In this document: piece by piece, positions 17,711 through 27,966 of the stretch | Layout of the letters: every line of letters starts with the position of its first letter | Position numbering within the stretch: the stretch's first letter is position 1 | Virus record (IMG/VR): IMGVR_UViG_3300018080_000110 | Coordinates: 85,225-149,224 of that record | DNA from: a virus | Reading direction: 5' to 3' (one strand) | Length of the DNA stretch: 64,000 bases | The notes under the pieces: generated by a model | Databases searched by the model: none | Seen by the model: only the letters and a program-made list of their open reading frames with translations | Told to the model about the DNA's origin: nothing | Program-made: the position numbers and the translations under genes

Positions 17711-18064
17711 TTAAGACTCCTTCTCGGGGAACTTGACGCCCGCCTTCTCCAGGGCGCCTTTGACGATCTGGAAGACCTTGTCAGCTAGCCACCCAGCCAC
17801 TAGACCAAACATGATCTTGGTGGCTAGGGATGAGGTGGCCATCTCTGGTAGGGGCACACCGGGGATGAAACACAGACCTACAGAAAGTGGGTACGGCAGT
17901 ACGGGCTGTAGAGACTTCCATACACCATGATGTGCAAAACCCCCTACGATCTTCCCATCCTTCTTCTTGGTGCCGATTCTCTTGATCGTGCTTAGCACGA
18001 CAAACGTGCAGAACGAGATCAACACGATTTGCCAACCCAAGAACATGTCTACGATCTTATCCAT
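17711..18064 (-). CDS. Holin-like membrane protein
   Basis: 117 aa with about three hydrophobic segments and a charged C-terminus; GGGAG RBS. Confidence 0.55.
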   Translation of the reverse strand: MDKIVDMFLGWQIVLISFCTFVVLSTIKRIGTKKKDGKIVGGFAHHGVWKSLQPVLPYPLSVGLCFIPGVPLPEMATSSLATKIMFGLVAGWLADKVFQIVKGALEKAGVKFPEKES

Positions 18065-18090
18065 GGCGTACTCCCTAATCCTAATGAGTC

Positions 18091-21000
18091 TTAAACATTG
18101 TTCTTGTTCAATGGATCGTTGTCAGAGGCAGTCTCGTAAAGATGCCCACCCCCAACAATGAAGGTGGCTGCGCTTGTCATCACGTTCCCAATCACAGCTC
18201 CACCAGATCCAGACTGTACGGCAAAAGCGTGCCGGCCACAGTAATTCCCCATCACAACACACTCGTCTGCGTTAGTTCCGATAATGGAGTTGTATCCGCT
18301 AGCATCGTCTGCAGTCTCAGAATCTCCGCCGATCCAGTTTCCCATGACAATCGACGCGTCAGCGTTGATCATGTCGATGGCGTAAAATTGATCCGGGCCG
18401 GCAGTTCCGTTGTCCCCATGGAACTTCAGGAAGTTGTTGCAGCACGAACAGTTGGCGTTTAGCACAATGGCCTTGTAGTGCGCCAGCGTCGTCTTCCCGT
18501 CAACCAGGTCTTGGAAGATGTAGTTGCTGGAGACAACGATGTGCTCGACGGCGCAATTGATGATGGCCTGAACCGCGCTGCCGCCATCGTTGGACGAGCC
18601 GTAAGAGTCGACGAAAGAGTTCCCACTGATGACTCCGCTGCCCCCCATGTAGATGATGTTGGAAGCAGTGTCTGCACTAGGATCGTCCCCGCACTCGACG
18701 AACGAGTTGTTGGAGATGATCAATCCTTCATAGTCTGTAGCGAAGTTCTGCACGTAGAGCGTAGCAGAAGTGGACCCCTGACCCTTGCTGCCTCGGATCA
18801 CATTTCCATCTACCGTCACGCCATAGGGCAAAACACTGCCAGACTCAGCGATGTGGATCGCCCTCCCTAGCCAACGTGTCCCGTCACCGAAGGAGTTCGA
18901 GCTCACCGTAACTCCACCGAACCCGGCAATGTAGAGGCACGCGAAACCAGCAGCGCTGACACCGTCAAAGTGATTGCCGGAGAAAACGAAATGGTGGTCT
19001 GTAGAGACAGATCCCGAGTTGTGAAGGTACACGCCGTGCTCGTCAGCAGAACCGAAGTAGTTCCCGACAACACAAGACCCGTACAGCTTCTCCATGTAGA
19101 TCCAGGTGTCCGGTTCTACAGATCTGGAAAACAAGTTGGCCTCGACGCGACACTGTCCAGCCTCTGCGTGGATAGCGTAACCAGAGCCAGTGTGTCCTGC
19201 GATGAAGACATTGTTCTCGATCAAACAGAAGTCGTCTTCGGTGTCGGTTCCCTGGTAGTGGATGCAAGGCGTATCGTTAGGCGTGTAGTCCCAACTGTCG
19301 ATGTAGTTGTTCCTGATTACAGCCGAGACGACGCCTCCAGTAGGGAAGAGCGCAAAGTACTCTTCGATGTAGTAGGCAAAGTTGCCTTCCACGTATACTC
19401 CACGGATGTCATTGTCCGTCAGCAGAAAGCTCGTGCAGTTGTACACGTGGTTCTTGGAAATACGTGTCCACGAATTCTGATGGAGGGAAACGCTGAGCTC
19501 GAGGGAGAACGGAACCAATACCGCGTTGAACGTGTTCCCTCTGGCGACGAGCTTCATCGTCGTATTGGCACCGGACATCTCGTCGAAGCTGATGCCCTTA
19601 CCCGCAGTGAGGAAGTAGTTGTTCTCGAAGTTAAGAACAAACTCCCCAGACCCCGACGCGCGATAGGGAAGTACGCCGTCCGACGCGGTGTTGAGAATGA
19701 ATACGTTTCCGTGAAGATGCGAGTTGTGCCCGACCCGCACGGCGTTGGTCACGTTGGCGTCACCGATAAAGTAGCAGTCGTCAATCCAAAGACTGTCACC
19801 AACGTGGGTGATCAATCCGTCTGGGCGTGTCCCTCCCAAACCATTCGCGTCGATCACACACTTCTCAATGTGTGTGAACGTCCACTTGCCAGTGGTGAGA
19901 GAGTCTAGCAAACCGCCAACGTTGTGCCCCGAAAGCGTACCGCAGTTGCGGATGTGGATGTACCCTACGGCAGTGGAGTCCGCCAGAAACACCACCTTGT
20001 ACGAATCGGTGCCCGCTTGAGCGAAAAAGATGTTCTCGAATCTGCTGCTAGATCCCGGCCGGTAGAAACAACTGACCTGGTTGTCTGCTCCAGACATGGA
20101 AGCAGCCACCATCGTCAGGTTCTTGAACACTACTTGGTTGAGACCACAGTCGATCGCGGAAACAGTCTCGTCGTCGGTGGTGAAAATCTGGGACGTAGTC
20201 TGGTCGTCACCTTCGATGACGCAGCTACCGCGAATCACAAGCTGCGCAGCAGTCGCATCAACAGCCCCAATGATCCTGATCCTAGGAGGAGCCGTGGTCG
20301 GCGTGAGACCAACAGAACGTATGAGCGTGATGAAGTCTAGAGCTTCTTGAAGACGGTTGTTGGCAAAGTCGCAGTCACCGACACCAACAGTGACCACCAT
20401 GCCGTTTGTTCTGCCGTCGTGAAGACGACGCACGTCGTACTTTTGCACGAACGAGGCGCCGATCCAGTAGTAGTAATACAACGGGATGTGCGCCATCGTG
20501 AGTGAGGCAGATGCTACTTCCTCGATCAGACCAGTTCCGGTATTGATCGCTAACCAACTTTGCTGACTATCTGTCGCGTTCAACGAATCTGCAGCGACGA
20601 CGATACGGTCACCGTTGGGGGAGATGTAATACATCTCAGCCCAAGAGATCTCTCCCGTGGCGTCGGTGAAAGTGATGGAGGCGTTATTCAACAACCCCAT
20701 ACCCACGGCGCCGTTCAAAACTGCCGTCTTACTGTTGAGAGACGTCAGGACAGAAGTGTGATCTCCTCCCAGGGCAGAATCCCCATCATTCAGTGACAAG
20801 TACCCGCCGAGGTGAGTGTCCCTGAACTGAACCTCGTTGGAGGAAAGCAAATTGAGGTGTGCAGGAGAAGCCCCAGTAGCCTCGAGGGTGAGCGCCACCC
20901 CGCTAGCACCCCTAACGCGCTCCACTACATCCAAGAGGTTATTGTCGAGATCGAAGTTCCCTGTAGCCTTCCTGCTACCGTCTTTCAAGAAAGACCCAGC

Positions 21001-21648
21001 GTGGATCTCTCCAACAGATCGACAGAATCCGCGGAACCACGAGTCGCGAACATTTGTGTCTGTCGTGAGCTCGTCCAACGTAGCGGCCCGACCGAAAGCC
21101 AACCAGACAACGGTCCCGTCAGGAATGGTGTAGTTCGCGCCCAGCGCCCCCGTGACGGGATCTACCTTTCTGAAGGTAACGATAGGGTTGGTAGAGAACC
21201 CAGACCCGACCTGGCTGACGCTGAGAGCGTCTTTGATTTCCCGGACTACGATCTTGTCTCCGGTCGTTGGGTCGATCAGATCGTTGTACTTCTCATCCAG
21301 TACACTGATCAAAGAATCACGGACACTTTGATCTTCGGGGGTGTAGAATGTGTCTCCGCACCACACATCGGCAGAAAACGTGTACTCGTCGCCGTTTCCT
21401 CCCGCAGGAGTGAAAGTGACAAAGTCCGGGCGGGCGATCTGTTCCTCCATCCGCTCCTGGATGTACTCGTCGTTCTTACCGAGGGCATAGAGCCCTCTGT
21501 TGACCGCCGAAGAGAGACCGTCCTCTCCAAACTCTACTGCGCGACTTCCGGCTGCCCCGGGGGAGTCTGCGGCAACAACTTGAGGCGAGCCCGGGTAGAA
21601 GAGATCTCCCGCGCTACTGTCACCAAGAGGATGTGGAAGGTTGGACAT
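18091..21648 (-). CDS. Tailspike/fibre with right-handed beta-helix (pectin-lyase-like)
   Basis: The C-terminal half has many I.NN.F / V.GN repeats, preceded by a VTVG.GD.F..LQEAL motif. Confidence 0.8.
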   Translation of the reverse strand: MSNLPHPLGDSSAGDLFYPGSPQVVAADSPGAAGSRAVEFGEDGLSSAVNRGLYALGKNDEYIQERMEEQIARPDFVTFTPAGGNGDEYTFSADVWCGDTFYTPEDQSVRDSLISVLDEKYNDLIDPTTGDKIVVREIKDALSVSQVGSGFSTNPIVTFRKVDPVTGALGANYTIPDGTVVWLAFGRAATLDELTTDTNVRDSWFRGFCRSVGEIHAGSFLKDGSRKATGNFDLDNNLLDVVERVRGASGVALTLEATGASPAHLNLLSSNEVQFRDTHLGGYLSLNDGDSALGGDHTSVLTSLNSKTAVLNGAVGMGLLNNASITFTDATGEISWAEMYYISPNGDRIVVAADSLNATDSQQSWLAINTGTGLIEEVASASLTMAHIPLYYYYWIGASFVQKYDVRRLHDGRTNGMVVTVGVGDCDFANNRLQEALDFITLIRSVGLTPTTAPPRIRIIGAVDATAAQLVIRGSCVIEGDDQTTSQIFTTDDETVSAIDCGLNQVVFKNLTMVAASMSGADNQVSCFYRPGSSSRFENIFFAQAGTDSYKVVFLADSTAVGYIHIRNCGTLSGHNVGGLLDSLTTGKWTFTHIEKCVIDANGLGGTRPDGLITHVGDSLWIDDCYFIGDANVTNAVRVGHNSHLHGNVFILNTASDGVLPYRASGSGEFVLNFENNYFLTAGKGISFDEMSGANTTMKLVARGNTFNAVLVPFSLELSVSLHQNSWTRISKNHVYNCTSFLLTDNDIRGVYVEGNFAYYIEEYFALFPTGGVVSAVIRNNYIDSWDYTPNDTPCIHYQGTDTEDDFCLIENNVFIAGHTGSGYAIHAEAGQCRVEANLFSRSVEPDTWIYMEKLYGSCVVGNYFGSADEHGVYLHNSGSVSTDHHFVFSGNHFDGVSAAGFACLYIAGFGGVTVSSNSFGDGTRWLGRAIHIAESGSVLPYGVTVDGNVIRGSKGQGSTSATLYVQNFATDYEGLIISNNSFVECGDDPSADTASNIIYMGGSGVISGNSFVDSYGSSNDGGSAVQAIINCAVEHIVVSSNYIFQDLVDGKTTLAHYKAIVLNANCSCCNNFLKFHGDNGTAGPDQFYAIDMINADASIVMGNWIGGDSETADDASGYNSIIGTNADECVVMGNYCGRHAFAVQSGSGGAVIGNVMTSAATFIVGGGHLYETASDNDPLNKNNV

Positions 21649-21660
21649 CTGTCTCTCCTA

Positions 21661-22383
21661 TCAGAACCTAAGTTCCCACCGGATCTCGAGTGAGAAAGAA
21701 GTTGTTTTCGGGATCGCCTCGAAGGTGTTATAGGCCACCAACTGTTGTCTTCCGGCACCCACATAGCTAGGTGGGTTACCGGCGTCATAGACGTTAGCGG
21801 CTTCTGGATCTTGGGTAGCTATGAACAGACCGACTTCTGAAAGGGGGACCACTGAGTAGGAGGGAACGTTCGCCTCGTTAACGTCGGTGGTATCGAACAG
21901 GTGGTCAAACCGAACTGTGCGGCTGCTGTTCAGAAACGTGACGGGTGTGATCACTGGAGCGAGCCACGTGTAAGGGTTTGCATCCAAGTTGATCTTCACG
22001 GGACGCTCAAGGTGCGTTACCGTGAGGTCGTCATCTGATTGGGCGTTACCCGTATTACCGGGAACCCCAGATGGGTCTGCTGGAGGGTAGTCAGTACTGA
22101 GCGGTGACGCGTACGCTGAAGGATGCGTTTGGCTATCCCCGCCGATACCCACTCCCATGAATTTGATGAACTCTCTGTTGCCGGCGCTCTCAGCGTAGTG
22201 GTCGTCCAGAGCAGTATTCGGCGCCACTACACGAGCTAGATACTCTCGACCGAGATCTACCCAGATATTGTGAGAGTGTCGGCAATGACGAGGGACAATC
22301 TTCCCGCGTTCTCGCGCAGTGATTGTCACGTTAGCCGGGATCAAAAGCCCCTTTGGTTTTAGCGGGTAGTCTCGAAGTTTCAT
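21661..22383 (-). CDS. Baseplate/tail-collar type structural protein
   Basis: HNIWV..G, MGVGIG, LSEVGLF and AYNTF..I.KT..F.LEIRWELRF. Confidence 0.65.
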   Translation of the reverse strand: MKLRDYPLKPKGLLIPANVTITARERGKIVPRHCRHSHNIWVDLGREYLARVVAPNTALDDHYAESAGNREFIKFMGVGIGGDSQTHPSAYASPLSTDYPPADPSGVPGNTGNAQSDDDLTVTHLERPVKINLDANPYTWLAPVITPVTFLNSSRTVRFDHLFDTTDVNEANVPSYSVVPLSEVGLFIATQDPEAANVYDAGNPPSYVGAGRQQLVAYNTFEAIPKTTSFSLEIRWELRF

Positions 22384-22399
22384 TGCTTTCTCCGGAACC

Positions 22400-22428
22400 A
22401 GTCTATGATCTCTTCACCGCAAAGACAA
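22400..22428 (-). promoter_or_regulatory. sigma70-like promoter
   Basis: TTGTCT-17 nt-TAGACT in the intergenic gap before 22383. Confidence 0.4.
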
Positions 22429-22432
22429 GTGT

Positions 22433-25400
22433 CTACAATACCTTGCCACGCGTGTACCACCCAGCTGAATATGGAGTGTCGAACTGAATGGTCCCTACCG
22501 GCGTTCCGTACGGTCCTCCGCTGGGTGGAGGAGATCCCAAAGGCCCGGACAAAGGAACAACGTCACCCCCGCCACCATCGTCAAACGCCCAAAGCCAGTC
22601 AAAAGGAAAGACCCCTCCAGCCCAGTAGGCGCTCAAAATACCGGTGATCTCCATGTCTGGGCACAGAGCCTTCTTGTCGTAGAGGAACTCAGGTTTGGCA
22701 CTACCACCGTGCGGAACCCCGTCAAAAGCCCAGTTGTAGTTACCCGACTCGTCCGTGTCGTCAAACCTGTACGCTCCCCCAGACCCTTGGTCTGTGATCT
22801 GTTTGGCGCAAGCCGGATGGTCATACAGGTAAAGCGTGCCCAGCTTCTCCAGGATATCTGGATCTGTGACACTGATGGTGTCCCCGGGCACTCGTTTGAA
22901 GACGACCCACATAGGGAACGTGTAGCTAGGCTTGATCTTTTTGACGAAGTCTATGGCCAGAACCAAGTTCGCAATGCTGAACACGTCTATGTCAGCACGT
23001 ACCAAAAAGCGGAAAAACTTGTCCACTTCTAGGAACACACCCTGTCCGTGATACCCCAACCACCAATCCGGGTCGTTTATCCAATCCAGGAGCTCGACAC
23101 CTTGAGAGAGTGGTGAGAACTGATCTACGGTGTCTCCGACCTGGTACGGTTCCCCCGTGGAGGGATTGTCCGCGATCATCGAGACGCCGTCTTCCTCAAA
23201 GTTGGCATTTCGAGGGATGAAGTAAGACCGTACAACTGCGTCGTCCGCACTATCTTGGATCAACATGCGGATGTAGTTGGCGTTGTACGTCTCGTTGATA
23301 TCGGTGACTACTCCATCCACTTCAGCGAAGGGAAGGCCTAACAGGATTTGGATCCCTACCCTGACGCTCCACAATGACGGACCATTGAAGAAGGCGTACC
23401 ACAACCCTCTCACCGCGGATAGGTAGTCCAGATCGTCCGAGCTCTCCTCCATGTGCTCGATCAAGAACCCAATCGGCTTACCGTAGTTGTCCTCGATCAT
23501 CGGTTTATTGTCGAGGAACGTTTGCTCCGCCCACAAGATATCCGGTGGCGGGTCGTCGAAGCTGTACAAGTCTTCACGGAAATGTATCCCGCGCACGCCA
23601 TCACTGTTAGTGCTGATGGTGTAATCCCGATTCTCCGATAAGAACTCTGGAGGGTCTAGGATGATTTCTTGTAGCCGCGGAATGCGCTCTACCAACTCAT
23701 TCACTGGAATTGAGCTGACACGCTGCACACCGTGCAACGCGACATCGTACGAGGAGATGCTGCCTCCCGTGGCTTCGAACAACGGCCGCGCGTCGAATCC
23801 GATCTTTTTGTTTCTTACCCCGAGGACCTCGCACAGCACTTTGGTCGACGGGTCAGCGGCACTAGCCCTAACTTCCAAGATCAAGATGTCACCGACCGTG
23901 ACTAACCTATCAGTGAAATCGGAGTTCACGGCCTCTACGGTCGAACAAACTTCCCAAGACTTACCGATCCCTTCCGTCAAATCTTGGCTGGCCGTGAGTT
24001 GATCTGTGCCAGCCACCTTCTTTATCTCGTAACCCGCACCGTCAAAGGACAAGACGCTGTTCTTTGAAGCGAACGACGAGAAGTCCACCAGTGGGTCACT
24101 GGCCTTAAACGCGGTAAGCTGCGGATTGCTTGGATCGTGAACAGGATCGCTTTCCCCGTCCGTCCCACTGAGAGAGTTCTGGGTATCGTTCTCCGTGTCA
24201 AACCCCATCGTGCCATTAGCTGTACCGTCCTTGCTCACGACGAGCAGGCCGGAGTAGCTCAGTACCAGGTAGTCCACGCCTCCGCTGTTGACCAAAGAAG
24301 CAGTCTTCGAGTACGCAGCCTCCTCGCCTAGATCTAGATTGATCTTGTCTACTATCTCTTGCGCGGTCATCGCCCCCGAGAGGGTGACCGTCACTTCGTC
24401 CCCGCCATCCTTAGAGATCAACAAAGTTTCGTCGCTAGCGAACGTCTTCCCGCCGTCGATATCCTTCACGACAGTCCCCCGCACTATCGTAAGCGTGATG
24501 TCGTCTCTATCCTCTTGCGGCTCGGTGTACAACGTACGGTAGTCGAGCCACCGACGTTGAAACTGTCGCTGGATATCCACCAGGCTCTTAGCGTAGTCCA
24601 GCTGCCAAGCTGTCAACAAAATGTTGGAGGCGACTTGTGCGAACCCAGACCACATGGTCGTGATTGGATCTCGGTCATCGAAGAGGTTCCAGGCGTCGGA
24701 GAGGTAATCCCAGATGAAGTTCACATCGGGGACATAACCGAAAGCGACGTTACTGGGAGCGATGTTCGTCAGACCCTGCGCAGGCAGGCTGTCTAGACTC
24801 CCATCGTTCACGACCAGTTGTAGTCCGTACAGCCCCTCCACATCCGGAATGGCTGTGGGGGAAGGGGCGGTTGGGTCGTTGTAGAACGTGTCGGAGAAGT
24901 AGAGGTCCCAGGTTTGATCAGACAAATTGATCGGCAATGCGTCCAGTGTGACACGCAGCTTGTTGTTATCCCAACCTCCTCCTCGCTCGTACTTCCCGGT
25001 CGTCGCGTTGAGGGTCCAATCGGTGTCATCCACGATATACTGGCTATCGCCGACGACTAAAATGTCTCCTGGCTGTAAGCTGGGAGAGTTATCCACACTC
25101 CACGGCTCCCCCGTCTCTTCGAACCAAGCCGTGAAATCATCCCCGTCTAGATCGTCAACCGTGAAACCACCCGATCCACTTTGCCGATAGCTCGAGCCAT
25201 CGGGAGCAGCGAAAAGCGTCCATCGATAAGTGAGGGGTTCACCTTCCGGGTCGTAGCTCGCCGTACCATCCAACGCAATGATGGAGCCCAGAACCGCAGT
25301 TTGGTCTCTGCCTGTGTCCGCAATCGGTTTTTGGTTAGGCACAACGAGCTCAAGACAGTTGCACCGGAGCTCATCGAACTTGATCAAAGTCGTGCTGCCA

Positions 25401-26008
25401 GCGTTACCCAATATCTCGATCCTGGCGCTGTCTGGAGTGCCCGCCGGGGTAATTGGTGCGGCTGTGGTGTAACGAAGTTGGTGACCTGTGACGTCTACCT
25501 CGTCAGACTTCGTGACGTATAGATCCATCACGTTGTTTTCGCCGTCCACGACCATGCGCAGGGTGTAGTAGTCGTCACCCTCAAGAATGATGTTTTGGCT
25601 GCCCGCTATCGGCATAACGGTGTTACCGAAAGAGGAGACAATCGCCAGACCAGCCTGAGAGATCAAGATTCCCCCAGCATTGTCTTGCGCGTCAAACACA
25701 GCGATGAAGAAACGGCTTTGGGTCAAGTCGTCGAGATTGGTGGGCAACGACGTAGGCTTGAACGTAGTCTCGAAAGTGAACTTTTGCCCGATCGGCAAAG
25801 ACATCGTCAGAATCGTAGCGATGGAATCATCGCTCATGAGGACTAGGTCGTTGTTTCCGTCGAGCGTCAACCATGGAGAACCTCTACTAGCTGTCACATC
25901 AGACAGCAGGAGGATATTCCCCATCTGCGCTCCGCCGATATCCATACAGGGCCAATCGGCACTGACCGGCATGGAGACTGTGGTTGTGAACGAATAGGTA
26001 GCCATCAC
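22433..26008 (-). CDS. Large baseplate wedge-like protein with PKD/Ig domain
   Basis: PIADTGRDQ..LDGTASYDPEG.L.Y.W...GLY.LQLVVNDG PKD motif; C-terminal KKIKPSYT wedge-type motif. Confidence 0.7.
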   Translation of the reverse strand: MMATYSFTTTVSMPVSADWPCMDIGGAQMGNILLLSDVTASRGSPWLTLDGNNDLVLMSDDSIATILTMSLPIGQKFTFETTFKPTSLPTNLDDLTQSRFFIAVFDAQDNAGGILISQAGLAIVSSFGNTVMPIAGSQNIILEGDDYYTLRMVVDGENNVMDLYVTKSDEVDVTGHQLRYTTAAPITPAGTPDSARIEILGNAGSTTLIKFDELRCNCLELVVPNQKPIADTGRDQTAVLGSIIALDGTASYDPEGEPLTYRWTLFAAPDGSSYRQSGSGGFTVDDLDGDDFTAWFEETGEPWSVDNSPSLQPGDILVVGDSQYIVDDTDWTLNATTGKYERGGGWDNNKLRVTLDALPINLSDQTWDLYFSDTFYNDPTAPSPTAIPDVEGLYGLQLVVNDGSLDSLPAQGLTNIAPSNVAFGYVPDVNFIWDYLSDAWNLFDDRDPITTMWSGFAQVASNILLTAWQLDYAKSLVDIQRQFQRRWLDYRTLYTEPQEDRDDITLTIVRGTVVKDIDGGKTFASDETLLISKDGGDEVTVTLSGAMTAQEIVDKINLDLGEEAAYSKTASLVNSGGVDYLVLSYSGLLVVSKDGTANGTMGFDTENDTQNSLSGTDGESDPVHDPSNPQLTAFKASDPLVDFSSFASKNSVLSFDGAGYEIKKVAGTDQLTASQDLTEGIGKSWEVCSTVEAVNSDFTDRLVTVGDILILEVRASAADPSTKVLCEVLGVRNKKIGFDARPLFEATGGSISSYDVALHGVQRVSSIPVNELVERIPRLQEIILDPPEFLSENRDYTISTNSDGVRGIHFREDLYSFDDPPPDILWAEQTFLDNKPMIEDNYGKPIGFLIEHMEESSDDLDYLSAVRGLWYAFFNGPSLWSVRVGIQILLGLPFAEVDGVVTDINETYNANYIRMLIQDSADDAVVRSYFIPRNANFEEDGVSMIADNPSTGEPYQVGDTVDQFSPLSQGVELLDWINDPDWWLGYHGQGVFLEVDKFFRFLVRADIDVFSIANLVLAIDFVKKIKPSYTFPMWVVFKRVPGDTISVTDPDILEKLGTLYLYDHPACAKQITDQGSGGAYRFDDTDESGNYNWAFDGVPHGGSAKPEFLYDKKALCPDMEITGILSAYWAGGVFPFDWLWAFDDGGGGDVVPLSGPLGSPPPSGGPYGTPVGTIQFDTPYSAGWYTRGKVL

Positions 26009-27957
26009 AACCTCGTCGGGTTCCCGTCGGGATCTTGTCCGGTCACCCTAACGAAAACCGTAGTAGCTAAGTCGAAGTCCACCACGGGATCTATGACCAC
26101 TTTGTACCCACCAGCGACAGACGTCTTGGCAGAGGAAGGGCCATCAAACCCCGGCTTGAACTGGGGGCTGCCTCCTTCTTCGAAGGCCAATTCGAACCCT
26201 GCTCCCCTATCCACCTCAACAGTGAGTCCTGCATCTATGCTCTGCGCGTCAGTGACATTGACCTCTATCACTGCATCGACAGCTACGCCCGACTCTCCCG
26301 CAATCGGGTCCACGGGGGTTACCAGCGGGCCGAGATAGTCCACCACACGCCATGACCATGTCGTGGCGCCAAGATTGCCCTCGTTATCTTCCGCTGATAC
26401 TTCTACTGTAACCCACTCGTACTCGTCGTAGTCGGTAGTCTTGTCGATGACGACATCGAATCCGTTACTACCGTTAGCGGAGATCGAACTACCCACCCCA
26501 TCGAATCCAGTCTGGACTACACCGTTAATGATCGCGTCCACGCCTCCGATGGACATATTGATCGTACTCTGGACTACCCCCGTTCCCCCAACGTCATTGA
26601 CGGAAACTGACACGTTGGAGGTCTCTACGTTCCCCGTAGAGCTGGGAGCGGGAAGCTTGTTGGTGAATGTGGGCGCTGTGACGTCTTCTTCTGTTTCGAA
26701 GTAGTAGGACGTGTTCAGCGTATTAGCCGCTGCGCTCAAGTCCTTGGCAACTACGTCGATATCTATCTGTGTGTCGAAAGGAAAGTCTACGTCGGGGTTA
26801 AGGGTGTACTGATACCCATCCGCTACGACGGACTTAGATCCCGCGAAACCGGCGGCTGGAGCGTCTCCGGTCCACGCCACGGACCCCTCAATGGTGATGA
26901 CGGTCTCCGCGGGATCTACCCCGGACGGGTCCACGATTTCCAGAACCACGTTACTAGAGATCAACACTCCAGTATCCAGGTGGTCCGGCACCAAGTTCTG
27001 GAGCGTGGGTGCTTCGTAGTCCCTTACCGCAAATCCCCACACCAGTTGTGTGGCTGAATTTCCCTCATTATCGTCGCAGTCGACCCGTACAATCACGGAG
27101 TCAAGGGAACCGAAGTCAGAAGTTGGATCTATTACGACATCGTAGCCGTCAAAAGCGTTAGGGGTTATCGAGCTACTTCCCCCATCCCATCCAGTCTGAA
27201 ACGCCCCGTTGATGATTGCATCCACCTCTCCGCCGCCGTTGATCTCTATAGTGGCGTTGATCGTGGATGAGTCCACACCAGATCCACCAACATCTTTCGT
27301 GGAGAAAGATACGTTGGTTCCCTCGGCTACGTCTGTGCCTGTGGGGGACTGGGTGTCGATCGTGGGGTCGACGAGATCCTCAATGAAGAAGCTCCACGTC
27401 TCATTCCCCGAAGGATTGCCAGCCAAGTCGGAGCAGCTGGCTACCACCTCTACCTCATCGTACGAAGAGAAGCTTCCCGTCGGGTCGATGACCACATCAT
27501 AGCCGTCGAAAGCGTTAGCAGAGATAGAACTCCCCGGCCCGTCCCATCCCGCTTGGAACACACCGTTGATGATCGCGTCAGCAGCGCCGCCACCGTCGAT
27601 CTCTACAGTGGCATTGATCGTATCCTGGTCCACCCCCTGACCGTCTACGTCCTTCGTAGAGAACGAGATGTTTGTCGAGACAGAGTTCTCGGAAGAAGAA
27701 TCGGCAGGAAAGAGAGTGTCGATTATCGGCGGAGTGACATCTAAAAGTATGTCCCGCCAACCGTAGATACTCCCAGGCGTGACTTGCGGACCATCCGAAG
27801 CAAAGCCTTCAGGATTGGGGGCAGCTGCCCCACTTGCCCACTCCCCGGGGACATAATCTTGATCTGATGCGGTTCCTGTCGGGTTTGGTTCACTTACCCC
27901 GTCAACCCATTCCCCGGGGCTGTAATTCTGCGGACTAGCGAACCCGTCTCTAGACAT
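26005..27957 (-). CDS. Virion protein with tandem Ig-like (Big/SbsA-type) domains
   Basis: About five D..PP.I...P-initiated domains; repeated G.FQ.G.DG..SSI..N..DGYDVVIDP. Confidence 0.75.
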   Translation of the reverse strand: MSRDGFASPQNYSPGEWVDGVSEPNPTGTASDQDYVPGEWASGAAAPNPEGFASDGPQVTPGSIYGWRDILLDVTPPIIDTLFPADSSSENSVSTNISFSTKDVDGQGVDQDTINATVEIDGGGAADAIINGVFQAGWDGPGSSISANAFDGYDVVIDPTGSFSSYDEVEVVASCSDLAGNPSGNETWSFFIEDLVDPTIDTQSPTGTDVAEGTNVSFSTKDVGGSGVDSSTINATIEINGGGEVDAIINGAFQTGWDGGSSSITPNAFDGYDVVIDPTSDFGSLDSVIVRVDCDDNEGNSATQLVWGFAVRDYEAPTLQNLVPDHLDTGVLISSNVVLEIVDPSGVDPAETVITIEGSVAWTGDAPAAGFAGSKSVVADGYQYTLNPDVDFPFDTQIDIDVVAKDLSAAANTLNTSYYFETEEDVTAPTFTNKLPAPSSTGNVETSNVSVSVNDVGGTGVVQSTINMSIGGVDAIINGVVQTGFDGVGSSISANGSNGFDVVIDKTTDYDEYEWVTVEVSAEDNEGNLGATTWSWRVVDYLGPLVTPVDPIAGESGVAVDAVIEVNVTDAQSIDAGLTVEVDRGAGFELAFEEGGSPQFKPGFDGPSSAKTSVAGGYKVVIDPVVDFDLATTVFVRVTGQDPDGNPTRL

Positions 27958-27966
27958 GAATCAAAC

